Below, one piece after another: positions 49,991 through 64,000 of a DNA stretch of 64,000 bases (position 1 is the first letter of the stretch; each line of letters opens with the position of its first letter). Below the pieces are notes generated by a model. That model was given only the letters and a program-made list of their open reading frames with translations, had not been told where the DNA came from and searched no databases. Source of the stretch: Marsupella aquatica (lineage: Eukaryota; Plantae; Marchantiophyta); NCBI GenBank assembly GCA_973895155.1, contig OZ316898.1, forward strand, positions 8,543,079 to 8,607,078, written 5' to 3'. A program made the position numbers and the translations under genes.

Positions 49991-50811
49991 AGACTTCTCC
50001 TTTTATATGGTCAGTGGGAGAGAGAGGAATGGGAAAAATCTTTGGACAATTCTCCTCTTTTATATGGCTAGTGGCGGTTTTAAAGCCACCCTCAGAGAGG
50101 GCCGGCTGTACGCGAAGCAAGGGTTAATTAAGGAAAGTTGAGACAGTGGGGTCGAATGAGGGTTTAAGAAGGTGTGTCGAGGGTTCCAGAGTACGTCGAT
50201 TCGAGGGTTTACAAAAAGACTCTCGAGTGCATGAGCGTCAATTCTCTCGTTGCAGTGCACGATTTCTGCACTTTCTAGGACAGGCGAGAACTCACGGAAG
50301 TAACGCGCGGACCTTCACCCTACTACTACTACTACTGCACTCTCCGCTGTCCAAGGTATGGTGGCCCTGCTCGCTCCGTGATCCGTATCGTTGCTGTAGT
50401 CTGGTTGAAACAGATATGGGAAAAAAATTCATCCGGTGGCATGGCGTGCTCGGTATGACGCTTTGTGGTGGAAATTTCAATATCGTGGTCTTGTTTAGTA
50501 GATTGGAAAACCTCTTGTAGCTTTCGCTTGCTCGTTGAGGTCCTCTGTCGTACAAATTTCAATAGTGTCTTTGTTAACAGAGCCGTGAGGTCGACGTCAA
50601 GTTTGCCTCCCCCACCCTCCCTTCTGTCTGAGCGGCAGGGGGGAGAGACTGGATGATTGTTGGAAAAGTGGCGTTGCTCGAGAGAAGCACGAACAGTTGG
50701 AGAGATAGACTCTGAATAAAGACTTCGGAGCAGTGTCGTTCGTGCTCAGAAATCCCGGGGCTTCGCGAGCTAAGATCAGTGTGAAAGCACGGGTCTTTGA
50801 AGGAGGCAGTC

Positions 50812-53800
50812 ATGGGGGATTCTACTGTCACTGGGCTACGGGCGCTTGCAATTGATGGAGGACGTGCTGCTGCAGCTGAGGGTGCAGCAGGGCCGGCTCT
50901 CCAGACTAGGCAGGAGCGAGAGATTAGGGTTCCCATTCCGGGCAAGAGGAACGTGCTTGTGACCAGTGCATTGCCTTACGTGAACAACGTGCCGCATTTG
51001 GGAAATATTATCGGATGTAAGTGCCTTACCAGCGGGTCAAGTTTTGCTTCATGGGTCGGATCGTTTGTTATGAATTGCATAGTGAAAGGCTGGCGGTTTC
51101 CTCTGGACTTATTCGAGCATGTTTTGGCATCCATTGCAGGTGTACTTTCAGCAGATGTGTACGCCAGATATTGTAGAAGACGGGGCTACAATGTGATCTA
51201 CATGTGCGGAACCGATGAATATGGTACAGCTACAGAGACAAAGGCTGTTGAAGAAGGAATAACCCCGAAAGAAATTTGCGACAAGTAAGTTGTGGCTATC
51301 TCGAAGTTCTTCAAGTTATAGATGGAGCTTTCTGACCTCATTAAAATTGATTTCGAGAGTAGCTGTTTAAGCAAACAGCAGCTCTTGGACTGTTCTACAT
51401 GTCTCTATCGCTGGATTTTACCTGAAACCCCACAGAACTATGGTCCACTTGTGGTGCCTGAAATGATTCAACAGGCAAGGATGGTCATTGACCACTTCAT
51501 TAGTGACCTCGATTTTCTCTTGCAGGTATCACGCAGTTCATAAGGACATTTATGAGTGGTTCGATATTGACTTTGACAAATTTGGTCGAACATCTACACC
51601 TCAACAAACAGAGATTTGCCAGGCTATATTTCAAAGACTTCTTGAAAAGAACCGCCTGCTGGAAGATGTTATGGAACAGGTGATGACTTCTCCATAATAA
51701 GGCCTTGTGAAAAAGTTCAGAAGGATTTGTCGAACATGGAGACGACAGCCGATACTCGAATATGAGGATGTTTACGGTTGACGCTTACTAGTCGATATCA
51801 TCAACCGTTATGTGATAGGATACGTAGGACCTTAGCATTTGTTTGTTATTAATCAGTACTGGTGGTCTGTGACAGCCCTACTGTGACACCTGCAAACGCT
51901 TCCTGGCTGATAGATTTGTGGAAGGTACTTGTCCGAATGTTGGCTGTGGTTATGATGGCGCAAGAGGAGATCAGTGTGACAATTGTGGCAAGCTCCTCAA
52001 TGCTGCTGATCTCATCAACCCTAGATGCAAGGTAATCTCACCCTCAATATTCTCGTCTTCAAGTACCATTTTTGTCCAGCCTTGTGCATATAAATTAATG
52101 CATTACAGCCAAACATACAAATGCTGTTTATCAACTTGAACGGTCCAAGTTCTGACCATACCCATGTCTATGTACAGATTTGCGGTAATCCTCCACGAAT
52201 TCGTGAAACAGAGCATTTATTTCTAGATCTTCCTCAACTAAAGGATAAGCTGGAGGAGTACGTGAGCAACACATCAGTTGTTGGAGGCTGGAGTCAGAAC
52301 TCAGTACAGACAACACATGCATGGATCCGGGACGGCTTGAAGCCTCGCTGTATCACCAGAGATCTGAAGTGGGGTGTCCCTGTCCCTCTCGAGAAATACA
52401 AAGAGAAGGTAAACTTTCTTAATGTTAATTTTAAATGAATCTTCTAAAGTCGAACATTATGCGTTAGGTTTAGATGCTAACTTTGTTGCGCCAATTCTGA
52501 TATTCTAGCTGCTCCTTGTTGCAGGTTTTTTATGTATGGTTTGACGCACCTATTGGGTACATATCCATCACTGCAAATTACACTTCAGAATGGGATAAGT
52601 GGTGGAAATCACCCAAGGATGTTGAACTTGTTCAGTTCATGGGAAAAGACAATGTGCCGTTTCACACGGTATGATTACCTTCGATAACTCACCTTCTACT
52701 TAACAGTTCGGCAAGTCGCGGAATTGTAACTTCATGTGTTGATATTACGTCGAATTACCAACCTTCCATGTCACAGAAATGAACGTTTCGCATTAGAATG
52801 AGTAATACTGAAAATATTTAGGGACATTTTAATTGTCTTGTGATCTTACACACTGCTAATTGCCGACAAACATGTGTTGCACAGGTCATTTTTCCTTGCA
52901 CTCTTATTGGCACAGATGATCCATGGACACTGATGAGGACAATCAGTGTCACCGAGTATTTGAACTATGAGTCAGGTTGGTTTGATTTCTTGTACACTGT
53001 CTGAGACTTGGTCAATTTGTTTGAAGCGTCCATAATATACAGTGCAGTACTCTATTTCCTTACCAGGAGACTTGAGCCATCTTAAGGGTCCAGTATAGTC
53101 TAGTCTGACAACGATTTTTGCATGTGACTCACCTCCGTTCAGAATGTCCCTTGATTTGGAGGACATTTCTCTAGATTTTGACCGTTGATTAACTCAGTGT
53201 TTGATATCATGCAGGCAAGTTTTCCAAAAGTAGAGGTGTGGGTGTATTTGGGAATGATGTAAAGTCCACCAATATCCCTGTTGAAGTGTGGAGATATTAC
53301 CTTTTGACCAATCGACCGGAGGTATGTATTTTATCACGTCAAGCTCTTGAATTTAATTACACCTCCCCACTAAGAACCAAATCGACCTTGTTGATGTATT
53401 TTCTTGTCTTACGCCAGATGTTGTCTCAATAGAACTTTCTTGGGAGCAATAGCTGACTTGATGTACTTACTGTTACACGCTGAAGCCGTTCAACTTGGAT
53501 ATAATGAATCCGATGTAGAGTGAGCCCTCTCTTTAGTGCCAACATCCATTCTATGATCTCTCCTCTGCAAGCTGTGTCACTGTCCCGTTGCTCACCGTTA
53601 CTCCAGTTCCTTCAGCATCCCATACGGAGAAAATGCGCTGAACTCGGTGCTGACAGCCTCAACAGTCAGTTGGTTCTCAGCCGAGAGAGCCAACTGACTG
53701 CACACCCGACACATCCTCCACCCTCTAGAGCATTTATTTGTTTCTCTGACACACCCGGCTTAGCTAAGCGCAACCCTAGATCTTGAAAACAATGACTTGG

Positions 53801-56800
53801 CTTTATTGTGTCACCTACGCTCATCAGAGAGTTATCTTTGAGCTTGCACGAGTCCGAAATACCTGAGTATGACCTTAGTTACCTGAAGTTACTTAGCAAA
53901 ACAGAAATATTTAGGTGTCTGTCATCGTGTGTATAGTATTTGAACTTGAAGCCTTATATCGAAGATTGCTTGGGTATTTTCTTTGCAGGTATCTGATACG
54001 TTGTTCACATGGGCGGACTTGCAAGCCAAGCAAAATAATGAATTGCTGAAAAATCTTGGCAACTTTGTCCATCGCACTCTCTCTTTCCTCGTAAAACCTA
54101 TAGGTAATACACGAGGAAGTTTTTGTGTCCGTTGCTCACGTTTGGCTTGCGTATGAAGGAGAGTTAAAAGTTTAGGAGAACCTAAAGAGCTTGGGGTGCA
54201 CACTATTTGCAGGTGAAGGATACGGTGGAGTAATTCCAGAAATATCAGGAGCTGAGTCACATGAGTTAACAGCATCATTTGGGTCTAAAGTAGGTGATCT
54301 GGTGAAAGAATATGTAGAAGCAATGGAGAAGGTACGACACACCATTGTACACTCAAGCCGTGAGCTCTTCTGTGATGTCCGGGCAGCTTATGCTAAGCTT
54401 TGATAAGTCAGAAGTTGTTGAGCACCTCGTGTCAGTATCGCTATCTCATTGCCGTGTTACTCTTGGGCAGGTAAAGTTGAAACAGGGACTCAGGACAGCA
54501 ATGAACATCTCAAGTTTAGGCAATCTATATCTTCAGGTATCTTGATCTAACCCCGAAGTTCACCCCCACAATTTGGGAGAAAGAAAGAAACATATATCTC
54601 TTTTTCTTCAAGTTTGAAACATCTTTAGATACAGAACCTGGCATTTATATCCGGTGATTGCATCATATAGGAAGAAGCTGGTTTAATGAGCTATATTACA
54701 AGTGTATGCTACATTTGGCGAGTACAAGTGGTCTGTAGCTTTTTAAGGGCATCCCTGACAGCAAAGCATGTAGATTTGCTGAAGGAAGACCATTTTCTGG
54801 ATCTATGTTTTCGTTCAAGGTGTTCTGATACGGGCATGGGTGAAAACAGGATAGCAAGTTCTGGAAGCTCTACAAAGAAGACCCACCTGCCTGTGGAATA
54901 GTTATCAAGACATCTGTTGGACTAGTACATCTTCTTGCCACTTTGTTGGAGCCTTTCATACCCTCATTTTCACACAAGGTAAAAATTTATATTCAGATGT
55001 GTCAGTTTCGTGTAATCGCAGGGTAAATGATTGGGACTTCGGGAATGCGTGTGACAAGTGTGATGCTCATGGTTCTCATGTTTCCTGTTGGAATACCCAT
55101 TTTGGTCCTAGCAATCAGAGAATGTTTCAGATTGCATTTCAGGAGAGTTTATCATTTGGAAGTTCTTGGAAGCATTAAAGTGCGTTTTTATTCTATATGA
55201 TGAAGGCAAATGACTTTCTTGCTCGCTTTGCAGGTGCTACAGCAACTGAATCTCCCACCGTCATCCTTAACCTTGAGTGACGAGAATGGGGATATTGAGA
55301 GGGCGTCCAAGCCTTGGAATCTGGTCCCAGCACATCACCGAATTGGTGTACCATTTCCTGTGTTTTTCGAGCTGGTGAGAAAATCAATTGATCCAATTCT
55401 TTGTTATAAAACTTGGTTCTGGCATAGCCCATTTGATTGGAGTGACTGGGGAGTACAGCAGTGCCTATCAAAGGCTGGAGTCCAATTGTGGGAAATTGTG
55501 GCTGAGATATGAGTTTCTAACCTCACATTCTTGGCTGATTCACTGGCCTGAGCTTGTTAGGCCTTGTGAGAGAAGGTAAATGAGATCCCGCAGTGCGGTA
55601 AATGGCTTTGTATTGGCAGATCTGATCACATGATTTTGCACTAGGATTTCGCCTGGTATCATATATTCTAATTCATGAGCTTCGTAATGTTTCGTTGGAC
55701 TCGTCATAACAGAAGGATGAAGAGGTGGAAACATATCGCGCGAAGTTCGCCGGTAGCCAAGCAGATCGGGCTGCTGCGGCTGCTGCATCTGGAAACACAG
55801 GTCTGAAGATACTGAACAGGAGCTTCCCCTTAATATGTCCTTGAAGGCATGTGGCAATAGTTGAACTATGAAGATGACTAGCCCAGTTGTTGTTTGAGAA
55901 CCCCAAGAGCTATGATCGATATGCAAGCTTCTTCCTAGATCGCATCCTCAATATTAGACAGTTAAACGGAGCTTGAGCAGGCAGGTGTGTAAAAGATACG
56001 CCTGAGATGCCAGAACTTTCGAAATTGCGTTCTTAAGATCAAGTACGACCGCATGAGATAAGAAACTGCTCAATTCGAGTTGTTAGTGTGATCACTGGTA
56101 TAGATTACCTGGTATTTCAATACTACGCAAATGTTGTTCGTTAAGTCAGTGTGAGTTCTGAGATGTGGTTGGCTTCTTTGTGCTTGCATGATATCTTCAA
56201 AGCCGCCACACCGTCAGTAACTCCAGGAGAAGCAAAGAAGGGTCCAAAACCTTCGAAAGGTGGGGAGACGAAAGGAAAGAAGGCCACAACAGAGGTCAAG
56301 GATGCTCCTATCGATGTTACTAGATTGGATATAAGGGTTGGAGTGATCACTAAGGTTCAAAAACATCCAGATGCTGACTCCCTGTACGTGGAGGAAATTG
56401 ATGTCGGAGAATCGGCTCCCAGAACTGTTGTCAGTGGCCTTGTGAAGTTCATCCCTATTGATGAGATGCAGGTCAGCTTCTTACAGTTCCCTACACTCTT
56501 TTAGGTATTTTTACTTGATTTTGCAGGCAGTAGCTCTTGTGCTCATGTGAAATAGTACATTGATATGTTTTTCTTGCGATGTACAGAATAAGAGCATATG
56601 TGTTTTATGCAACCTCAAACCTGCAAAAATGAGGGGAATAACGTCACAGGCTATGGTGTTAGCAGCGTCCAATGCAGATCACACCCAGGTATACGCCTGA
56701 TCCGCTGATAGAAGAATCTAGTCCCCTGATGTTGCTCACGTAGGTTTTTTGTGGTTGGCAAACTTAATCTGCAATTAAATATGTTGGCTGAACCCTCATC

Positions 56801-57147
56801 AAGAGTATTGTGGGAGAAATATCGTGCATTCAAATGTAATGTAGTATGATTAGCGGAACGAAAATGTGAGTCAAGTTTGTAATTGTTGATGGTTTCTCAT
56901 CCACTCTAATCTGCAGGTCGAGCTAGTTGTTCCTCCAAAAGGCGCTAAAGTTGGTGAACGACTCACATTCCCCGGTTATGAGGGCGAGCCAGATGAACTT
57001 CTGAATCCTAAGAAAAAAGTTTGGGAGGCTGTTCAGCTGGATCTCCACACCACGGATGATCTTGTAGCCGTCTACAAAGGAGCCCCCTTCACCACGACTG
57101 CTGGCGTTTGCAAAGTGTCTTCAATAAAGAGTGGAGCCATAAGATAG
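50812..57147 (+). CDS. MetRS: Methionyl-tRNA synthetase, cytosolic type, with C-terminal EMAP-II-like tRNA-binding domain, ~17 exons
   Basis: [21 protein letters not shown], Zn knuckles, [38 protein letters not shown]; C-terminal [31 protein letters not shown]; canonical GT-AG junctions. Confidence 0.96.
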
Positions 57148-59007
57148 TATTAACAAGACAGGTCTGTTGTGAATATTTTTCCGGATGTTCACGCAGATTT
57201 AAATTTTGGGTCTATCAACATTCATATAGGTTATTATGAGAAGTACACATTTTGCGACACGGCATAGAGTATGGCAACATGTCTATAAATTGGCTCTAGA
57301 CACATGGATAAAAATGCTGATCTATTTAATGAGAAATTGTAAATTAATTCGGCAGTTGTATCCATGGCAAACACCTCAAGCAGTCGGACTCATTCGAGTT
57401 ATCATTGTCGCAGTTTTCTCGTCTTTCCAAAACATTCCTTTCCAGAATAAAAGATGGAAATGTTTCTTATTTTACCGAGGGATAGAAAATGCCCCTCATT
57501 GACTTTGTTGTATTATCCTTTGCTTGTACAAAACTATAACTGTACGTATCTCAATAGCGCCGCAACCAGAAGAAACGTTCATTCTGATCAGAAACTTCAG
57601 GTCTGTACCTTTCCTTTGCTTTTTGGGGGTTGAGTTGCTGTATTTATTGGGGATAGCACATGTGATACAGACCTAGTTTTGAATTAGTAAAAATTCTATA
57701 ACTCCTATTATTATTACTACTCCCTAGCAAGTGTGGGCTGAAGACGGACACTACTGTGCGCTGTAGAAGGACAATATAGTTGTCTGTCTGTCCGCAAGAG
57801 TTGGCTGTAGACGGACAATAGTGTTGTCTGTCTGACCATCTGTGTGCAGGGTTATGTGGCTGAGTCTATGATGTTGGGTTAATTACATCGTTGGCTACTG
57901 ACTCCATGTTTGAGCTCATTTTTGTCGTCTGAAATCTGGTAGTCGAAGGAATTAGAGTATTCAGTCCTTCTGACAGGAAGAGTCTCCGCTTTCGCTCACG
58001 TTGCTGAGTCTGTGATGTCGGGTTTATTGTCCGGTTGGCTACTGAGTCTCTACGTCTATGACTGGCGAGATGTCACCAGTTGGTCATTTTCTCTCATCAT
58101 GATCTGAAGGAGAAAACAATCAGACTAAACTAAACCGGCAACGTATGATCCAGTTGACAAATAGGTGCTATCTGCTTGTCTAGTGATTGAGCTTGACAAC
58201 AAACGAGGCAGCGTGCTATTCATTCACTGACGATTGCGATGTCTAGGAATTGAGAAACAAGTCATGCCCAGATGACTACTCTTCCGCTTTCGACCAATTG
58301 TGTGATGGCGCAATTGGATGGAAGCGTGTAGCAGGACGTGGACGGAGAGCTTAGCGACGATGTTCACCTGTTGACTGTAGGGTAGAATTTAGAGTGGGAA
58401 GATTAGATTTGACACAGGTAGTCGTGCGTTCGATTACGTTTTGGTCCTTTCATTCTGTTGTTCTCGTGGTTGTTGGGGTCTATTGGACAGCTAGTGAACA
58501 TAGCGGAAGGATTAGAATGGCCGCGATGTTATACAGATTTTGTGCTTCCGTTTCTTTTGGCGGCCTCTACAGTTTCTGTCACAGCCCTGAGGGGGCTTAT
58601 TTTAGTTAAAGCTGGCACGGGTGTCTCCTTGTGTCAAACTACATTTCGCTTCGGCGGTAGTAGTTTCACGCCTGGGATCCCTTAGTTTTGGTAACAGCAT
58701 CTAATTCTGTGCCATGAATGCTACTCAATTATTTCAGCACAAAATTTTATGTGTGTAGGTTGTCTGCTTTGGTTTCTCAGGAGTGTCGTTTACTGGCTCG
58801 TTTGACTCGATGGCCCTTTTCTGCGCCGCACTCTATTGCAATAGAGTAGGGGTGAAACTGGCTCCTCCATCAGAATGGGTCTTTAGTTTTGCACATTGTT
58901 GCAATGAGTGAGCTTAGGTAATGGAATGTCTTCGGAAAAAGTGTGGTAGTGATTCGAATCATTGGAGCTGCTGCCTTCGTATTCTTCATTCTCCAGTCTG
59001 ATATGAT

Positions 59008-59195
59008 TGTATGGTCGGAGATACTGTTGTACAACAGAAACCTGTGAATTCCACAGAGATTTGGTTGTATGGTCGGAGACACTGCTGTACAACACAAACC
59101 TATGAATTCCCCAGACAAGACAGAACTGCACATTGAACCTGTACAACACAAACCTGTGAATTCCCCAGACAAGACACAGAACTGCACATTGAACG
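59008..59195. repeat. Short compound tandem repeat (~55-58 bp units)
   Basis: gtacaacac/gaaacctg/atgaattcc occurs three times with duplicated flanks. Confidence 0.7.
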
Positions 59196-59554
59196 GATTA
59201 ATTCCTGGCAATATCTGTCGAAATGCCATGAGCACGATGGGTTTGAATAAATCGAAGGAGTGAGAAACATGGGAAGAAAAGTAAAGCAAAGAATTTTGTT
59301 AGGAGATGCACTAGATCCAACTGGAAAACATACAGTTCCGGGTGTTACGTGGCTGAAACCCGGACGTGAACGGTCGAGGGATGGGCAAAAATTAAACCAT
59401 TCTTTGGGCAAAGGTAGGCTAATTTGTCGTCTTCACGATAAGATAAGCTTCACGATAAGATGGACTGGTAAAGTACTGGACTGACAGTTTCCCCTTTTAA
59501 AATAAATATAAAGTGCTGTAGTGCAGTGACGTTATCCGGAATTCTTCAGTTTTT

Positions 59555-62500
59555 CGAATTGACGGGGTTTTGGGCTTTGCTTTTATTTTCTATCAGCGGA
59601 AGAAGAAGACAGCAATCACTAACTCTATGGAAATAAGCAACACTCAGAGGTGTCACCGGGGTGCGAAGCACGAGCCAGCCCAGCCAAAGTGCCAATCCTT
59701 CCACTCCTGAAGAGTTATCAGTAATTAATTAAGAGAGTTATCCTTTCTAGCCTGCCATCCCCCCTCCCAGGTGCTCTTTTCAGCCTCGCACCTCCTGTCC
59801 ATTCCTCCCATCTAGAACCGTTTGTTGCACCTTCATTTCGAACTAGCTCTGGCATTCAGGGATCCAGCTGGGTCGTCATCATCTTCTTCTTTTCCTTCTT
59901 GCAGTTGTGCTTCTCCCATCTCCATAGCTCACGGTGCTTTCACGAGCGTTTTCGGCATTGAATTGTATGAAATCGAGTTTTGTAATCAGCTCTGCGATTT
60001 GTCATCTACAGAGTCCTCGTCCTGATTCTTTCTGGGTCGATCGGTCAGTCTGTCCGATCACTGGTTGGTTTATTGGGAGTAAGAAAAGGTCATAGGAGTA
60101 GCTAACATGGAACTGTGTGCGAGCTCGTTGTCCGGATCACTTCAATTACCAGCGTCTGCAAGAATTCTTCGCAATCTCGCGTCAGGATTGGGATTGAGAC
60201 ATCGGAGCCAGGCGTTTGGATGGTCGAGGAAAGGAAGTTCTTGCAGAGGAAGAGGAGGCATGGCGGCCAGATGCGAGGGCAACGGCGCAAGGGTGGCTAA
60301 CGGGCCCGATTTGAGCGTGACCGTCAGTGGCCTACGTTTTTCGAATCCGTTCGTCATCCGGTCAGGGCCTCCGGGCACGAACTATACCGTGATGAAACGT
60401 GCATTTGATGAAGGTTGGAGCGGCGTCATTGCGAAAACTGTGAGCCATCACACCTGCATTTTGTATTAGTATTTTGTTCACTCTTGGTCTTAGACCTTAG
60501 CGCAATCCCCTGTCGTTGACATATGGTTGATGAGTTCCCTACCTGGGAGCACGCGAGAGCTTCAGATCTCACTGCGTATTATCGGTCTAGAGAGTCCAAA
60601 GGGGTTTGTTCCACATCATGGTGCTGGGTTTAGTGAGAATGTCCTGCGCCCATGCCCCTTTCAGTAAAAAAATGCCTTTTACTTGCAAATTTAAAATGGT
60701 TCCATGGTAGATGGGTTCCCTACCTGGCAACAGGCCAGAGCTTCAGAGGTCAAACGGGTGGTTCCAACCCAAGCTGATGGGTCTGGAGAAAACGCGTTGT
60801 GCCCAATTCCCCTTCCATCAAAAAATTAAGTTTTACTATCGTACGTGCGTTCCCTGCTTTGCATCAGGTCAGGAATTTCGGAACTCACTCTGTACTACAG
60901 GGTCTAGTGTCCGAAGTGGTAGTTACCACTCGTGCTGGAGGGTGTTAGACAGACCCTTGAGTCCCTCCCCTGATTGAATTAAGACCGTCTGCAAACTGGA
61001 AGTACTCTAATTGAAGCAAGAGGATAGGAAGTCAAATACTCAAAAGGGTGCTGTGAGAGAGAGGCTAGATCCGAAATTCTGTCATTTTATTCGTTCGTCT
61101 ATCAATTTGTTCTCATGTTGAAGCAACGAACGGGAGTTTCAAATATCCAAAAAGGCTGATACCATAGAGAATGTTAACCCTTTTTTCTGCTTTTCTGTTC
61201 TTCTGGCTCTGTCTGGGTGACCTAAGACGGTGGTGTTTTAGCTTGCACGAGTCCGAAGTACCTGAGTATCACTTTGTTACCTGAAGTTAGCAAACACAGA
61301 ATTATTGACGTTCATGTTGTTTAAACGACAAAGAGGTAATTGTTTTCCGTCACAAATCCGAACGAAAACCCAGACAACCGTCTCTAAAAAGCATAACAGA
61401 ATCCCAAATTGGGTTCAAAATTTCTAGGGTATGCCATTTTTTAGGAGACTTCAGTTGTCTGTCATCGTTCCATGTGTGTAATACTTGAACTTGAACCCAT
61501 ACATTGAAGATCTTTCGGGTATTTTCTTTGCAGGTATCTGATACGTTGTTCACATGGTCAGATTTGCAAGCCAAGCAAAATAATGAATTGCTGAAAAATC
61601 TTGGCAACTTTGTCCATCGCTCTCTCTCGTTCCTCATAAAACCTTTAGGTAATACACGTGGAATGTTTTATGTCCGTCGCTCGTGTTTTACTTACTTATT
61701 GGATGAGGAAGTTAAAACTTCAGGAGAACCTAAAGAGCGCGGGTTGCACATTGTTTGCAGGTGAAGGATATGATGTAGATATTGTCCCAGCACATCACCA
61801 AATTGGTGTCCCATTTCCTGTCGTTTTCGAGCTGGTAAGCAAGTAACTTGATCCAATTCTTTGTTATAACACTTGGTGAGAGCAGCTACTAGAGCTGCCG
61901 CAGTGTGGAGTGGCTTTTTATTGGCAGAACTGATCTCATGATCTTGCACGAACCGCCTGGTATCATATTTTCTAACTCATGAGCTTTGTAATGATTTACT
62001 GGACTCGTCATCACAGAAGGATGAAGAGGTGGATATTTATCCCACGAAGTTCGCCGGTAGCCAAGCAGATCGGTCTGTTGCGGCTGCTGCATCTGGAAAC
62101 CCAGGTCTGTGAAGAGATTGAAAAGGAACCTCCCTTTAATATGTCTGTAAAGGCATGTTGCAATAGTTTAACCATGGGAGATGCTTAGCCCAGTTCTTAT
62201 TTGAGAATCCCCAGAGCTAAGATGTACATAGAAGCTTCCTTGGGCGTATGCCAATATTACAAAGCTAAACTGACATTTATCACGTAGGTTTGTCAAGGAT
62301 ACGCCGGGAATACCAGAACATTTAAAGTTTCGTTCTTAAGATCTAGTACGACCGAATGAGATAAGAAACTACCCAATTCGAGTTTTCAGTATTATCACTG
62401 GTGTAAATTCTTTGATATTGTCAATATTGTGGTGTTTCTAGTCGTTGAGTCCGTGTGAGTTCTGAGATATGGTTGTCTTCTTTGGGCTTTGCATGATGGC

Positions 62501-63720
62501 TTCAAATCACATATACAGCCACACCGTCAGTAGCTCCAGGAGAAGTGAATGAGGGTTCAAAATCTTCAAAAGGTGGGGAGACGCAAGGAAAGAAGGCTAC
62601 ACCAGAGGTCAAGATTGCTCCTATCGATGTTACTAGATTGGACATAAGGGTGGGAGTGATCACTAAGGTTCAGAAACATCCAGATGCTGACTCCCTGTAT
62701 GTAGAGGAAATTGATGTGGGAGAGTCGGCCCCCAGAACTGTTGTTAGTGGGCTCGTGAAGTTCATTCCTATTGATGAGCTGCAGGTCCGCCTCTTCCAAT
62801 TCCCTACACTCCATTTTATTCAGGTCGTTTTACTTGATTTTGCAGGGAGTAGCTCTTGTGCTCGTGTAAGCTAGTCCATTGATATGTGTTTCTTGCAATG
62901 TACAGAATTTGACCGTATGCGTTTTGTGCAACCTCAAACCTGTAAAAATGAGGGGAATAGTGTCACATGCTATGGTGTTAGCAGCGTCCAATGCCGATCA
63001 CACCCAGGTATACGCCTGATCTGGTCATAATGTACTCCTCTAGACGTAGTTGTTGCTCGTTCGTAAACTCTTGTGAGATCTTCTCTCTCATGAGTAATGT
63101 GGACGTATTACATATTCTGAATTCAATTCTGGTAGTAGTGAAACAAAAATGTGAATCAAATCTGCAACTATTGATGATGTATCATGCACTCTGATCTTCA
63201 GGTCGAGCTAGTTGTTCCTCCAGAAGGAGCTCAAGTTGGTGAACGAATCACGTTCCCTGGTTATGAGGGCGAGCCAGATCAACTCCTGAATCCTAAGAAA
63301 AAGGTTTGGGAGGCTGTTCAGGCAGATCTCCACACCACAGATGATCTTGTGGCCGTCTACAAACACACCCCCTTTACCACAACTGCTGGCGTTTGCAAAG
63401 TGCCTTCAATAAAGAGTGGAGCCATAAGATAGTCTTGACAGGACAGGTCTGTTGGATATCTTTTCGGATGTTCGTGCAGATTATAATTTTGGATCTATCA
63501 TCATTGATATAGGTTTTCTGAGAAGTACACATTTAGGAACACGGCACAGAGGATTGCCCACTTGTCTATATTGGCACCGCACAAATGGACAACAATTCAG
63601 TTCTAATTCTTTAATAAGAAAGCTTATTCTGCAATTCTATTCAATCCAAACACCGCAAGCTGTGGGAGTCGCTGTGGAGTTATCATGCCTTCTGTCTTGT
63701 TTAGAAAATATTCCTTGCAA
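59555..63720 (+). repeat. Diverged, internally deleted segmental duplicate of the PYD1-MetRS block
   Basis: ~59555-61150 matches ~25982-27425 (PYD1 upstream, exon 1, intron 1); ~61240-61770 matches ~53840-54222; ~61780-63720 matches ~55322-57470. Introns are retained. Confidence 0.93.
60107..63432 (+). CDS. Candidate chimeric gene (402 aa): PYD1 exon 1 with transit peptide fused to MetRS fragments and the complete tRNA-binding domain
   Basis: Exons 60107-60439, 61534-61648, 61761-61834, 62017-62104, 62519-62784, 62906-63007 and 63202-63432 total 1209 nt; all GT-AG, phases compatible, no internal stop. Confidence 0.6.
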
Positions 63721-64000
63721 GCACAAAAGACGGAAATGTGTTTTAGTTTGGAAATGGAAGCCCTGTTGGACTTCCACATTTACCAAAATGTTTGGACAGA
63801 CTATTGCGACCGGGATGAACTGCAGCAAAACCCTCATTTCTGCTCATATAGTACAAATTACGTAATTGAGTGGAATGTGGCAAGGAAACTGGTCAAGCTT
63901 GGAAATGTGTAGGCCTCTCAATTCTTATTGACTCACTGGAAAGAACTTTTGCAAGTCATTTCATCTTCTTTGGAAAGATCTAAGAGTGAAATGTGACTAG

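Noticed and set aside
61155-61164. PBS-like TGGTATCAG (minus strand) at the PYD1/MetRS deletion junction
   Set aside because: Only 9 nt with no adjacent LTR; compatible with chance. Retained introns show the duplication was DNA-level.

Overview
Intron-rich land-plant genomic DNA, probably a bryophyte/liverwort (inferred from gene style, not proven). From left to right: the 3' part of an intron-containing Plavaka-type transposase; a truncated Copia element (LTR, PBS, gag start); a nest of direct and inverted ~0.7 kb repeats; two miRNA-like hairpins; an orphan secreted ~905-aa Met/Ser/Arg/Asp-rich protein with eight short Cys-loop motifs; a secreted PLAT/LH2 gene; a 746-bp TIR element; and the plastid dihydropyrimidine dehydrogenase gene PYD1. 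A 16.7-kb CACTA-terminated DNA transposon follows (31385-48112). It encodes a DDE transposase and, divergently, one large spliced cargo gene that I reconstruct as ParB/Srx-like + N4C/N6A DNA-methyltransferase-fold + FCP1/NIF HAD phosphatase. That cargo gene is now disabled and interrupted by a 4.65-kb TG...CA insert carrying its own ~1200-codon ORF. Next comes cytosolic methionyl-tRNA synthetase. The window ends with a deleted duplicate of the PYD1-MetRS block, which splices in frame into a 402-aa chimera: PYD1 transit-peptide exon + MetRS C-terminal tRNA-binding domain. All domain calls are by eye from motifs; no database searches were run.
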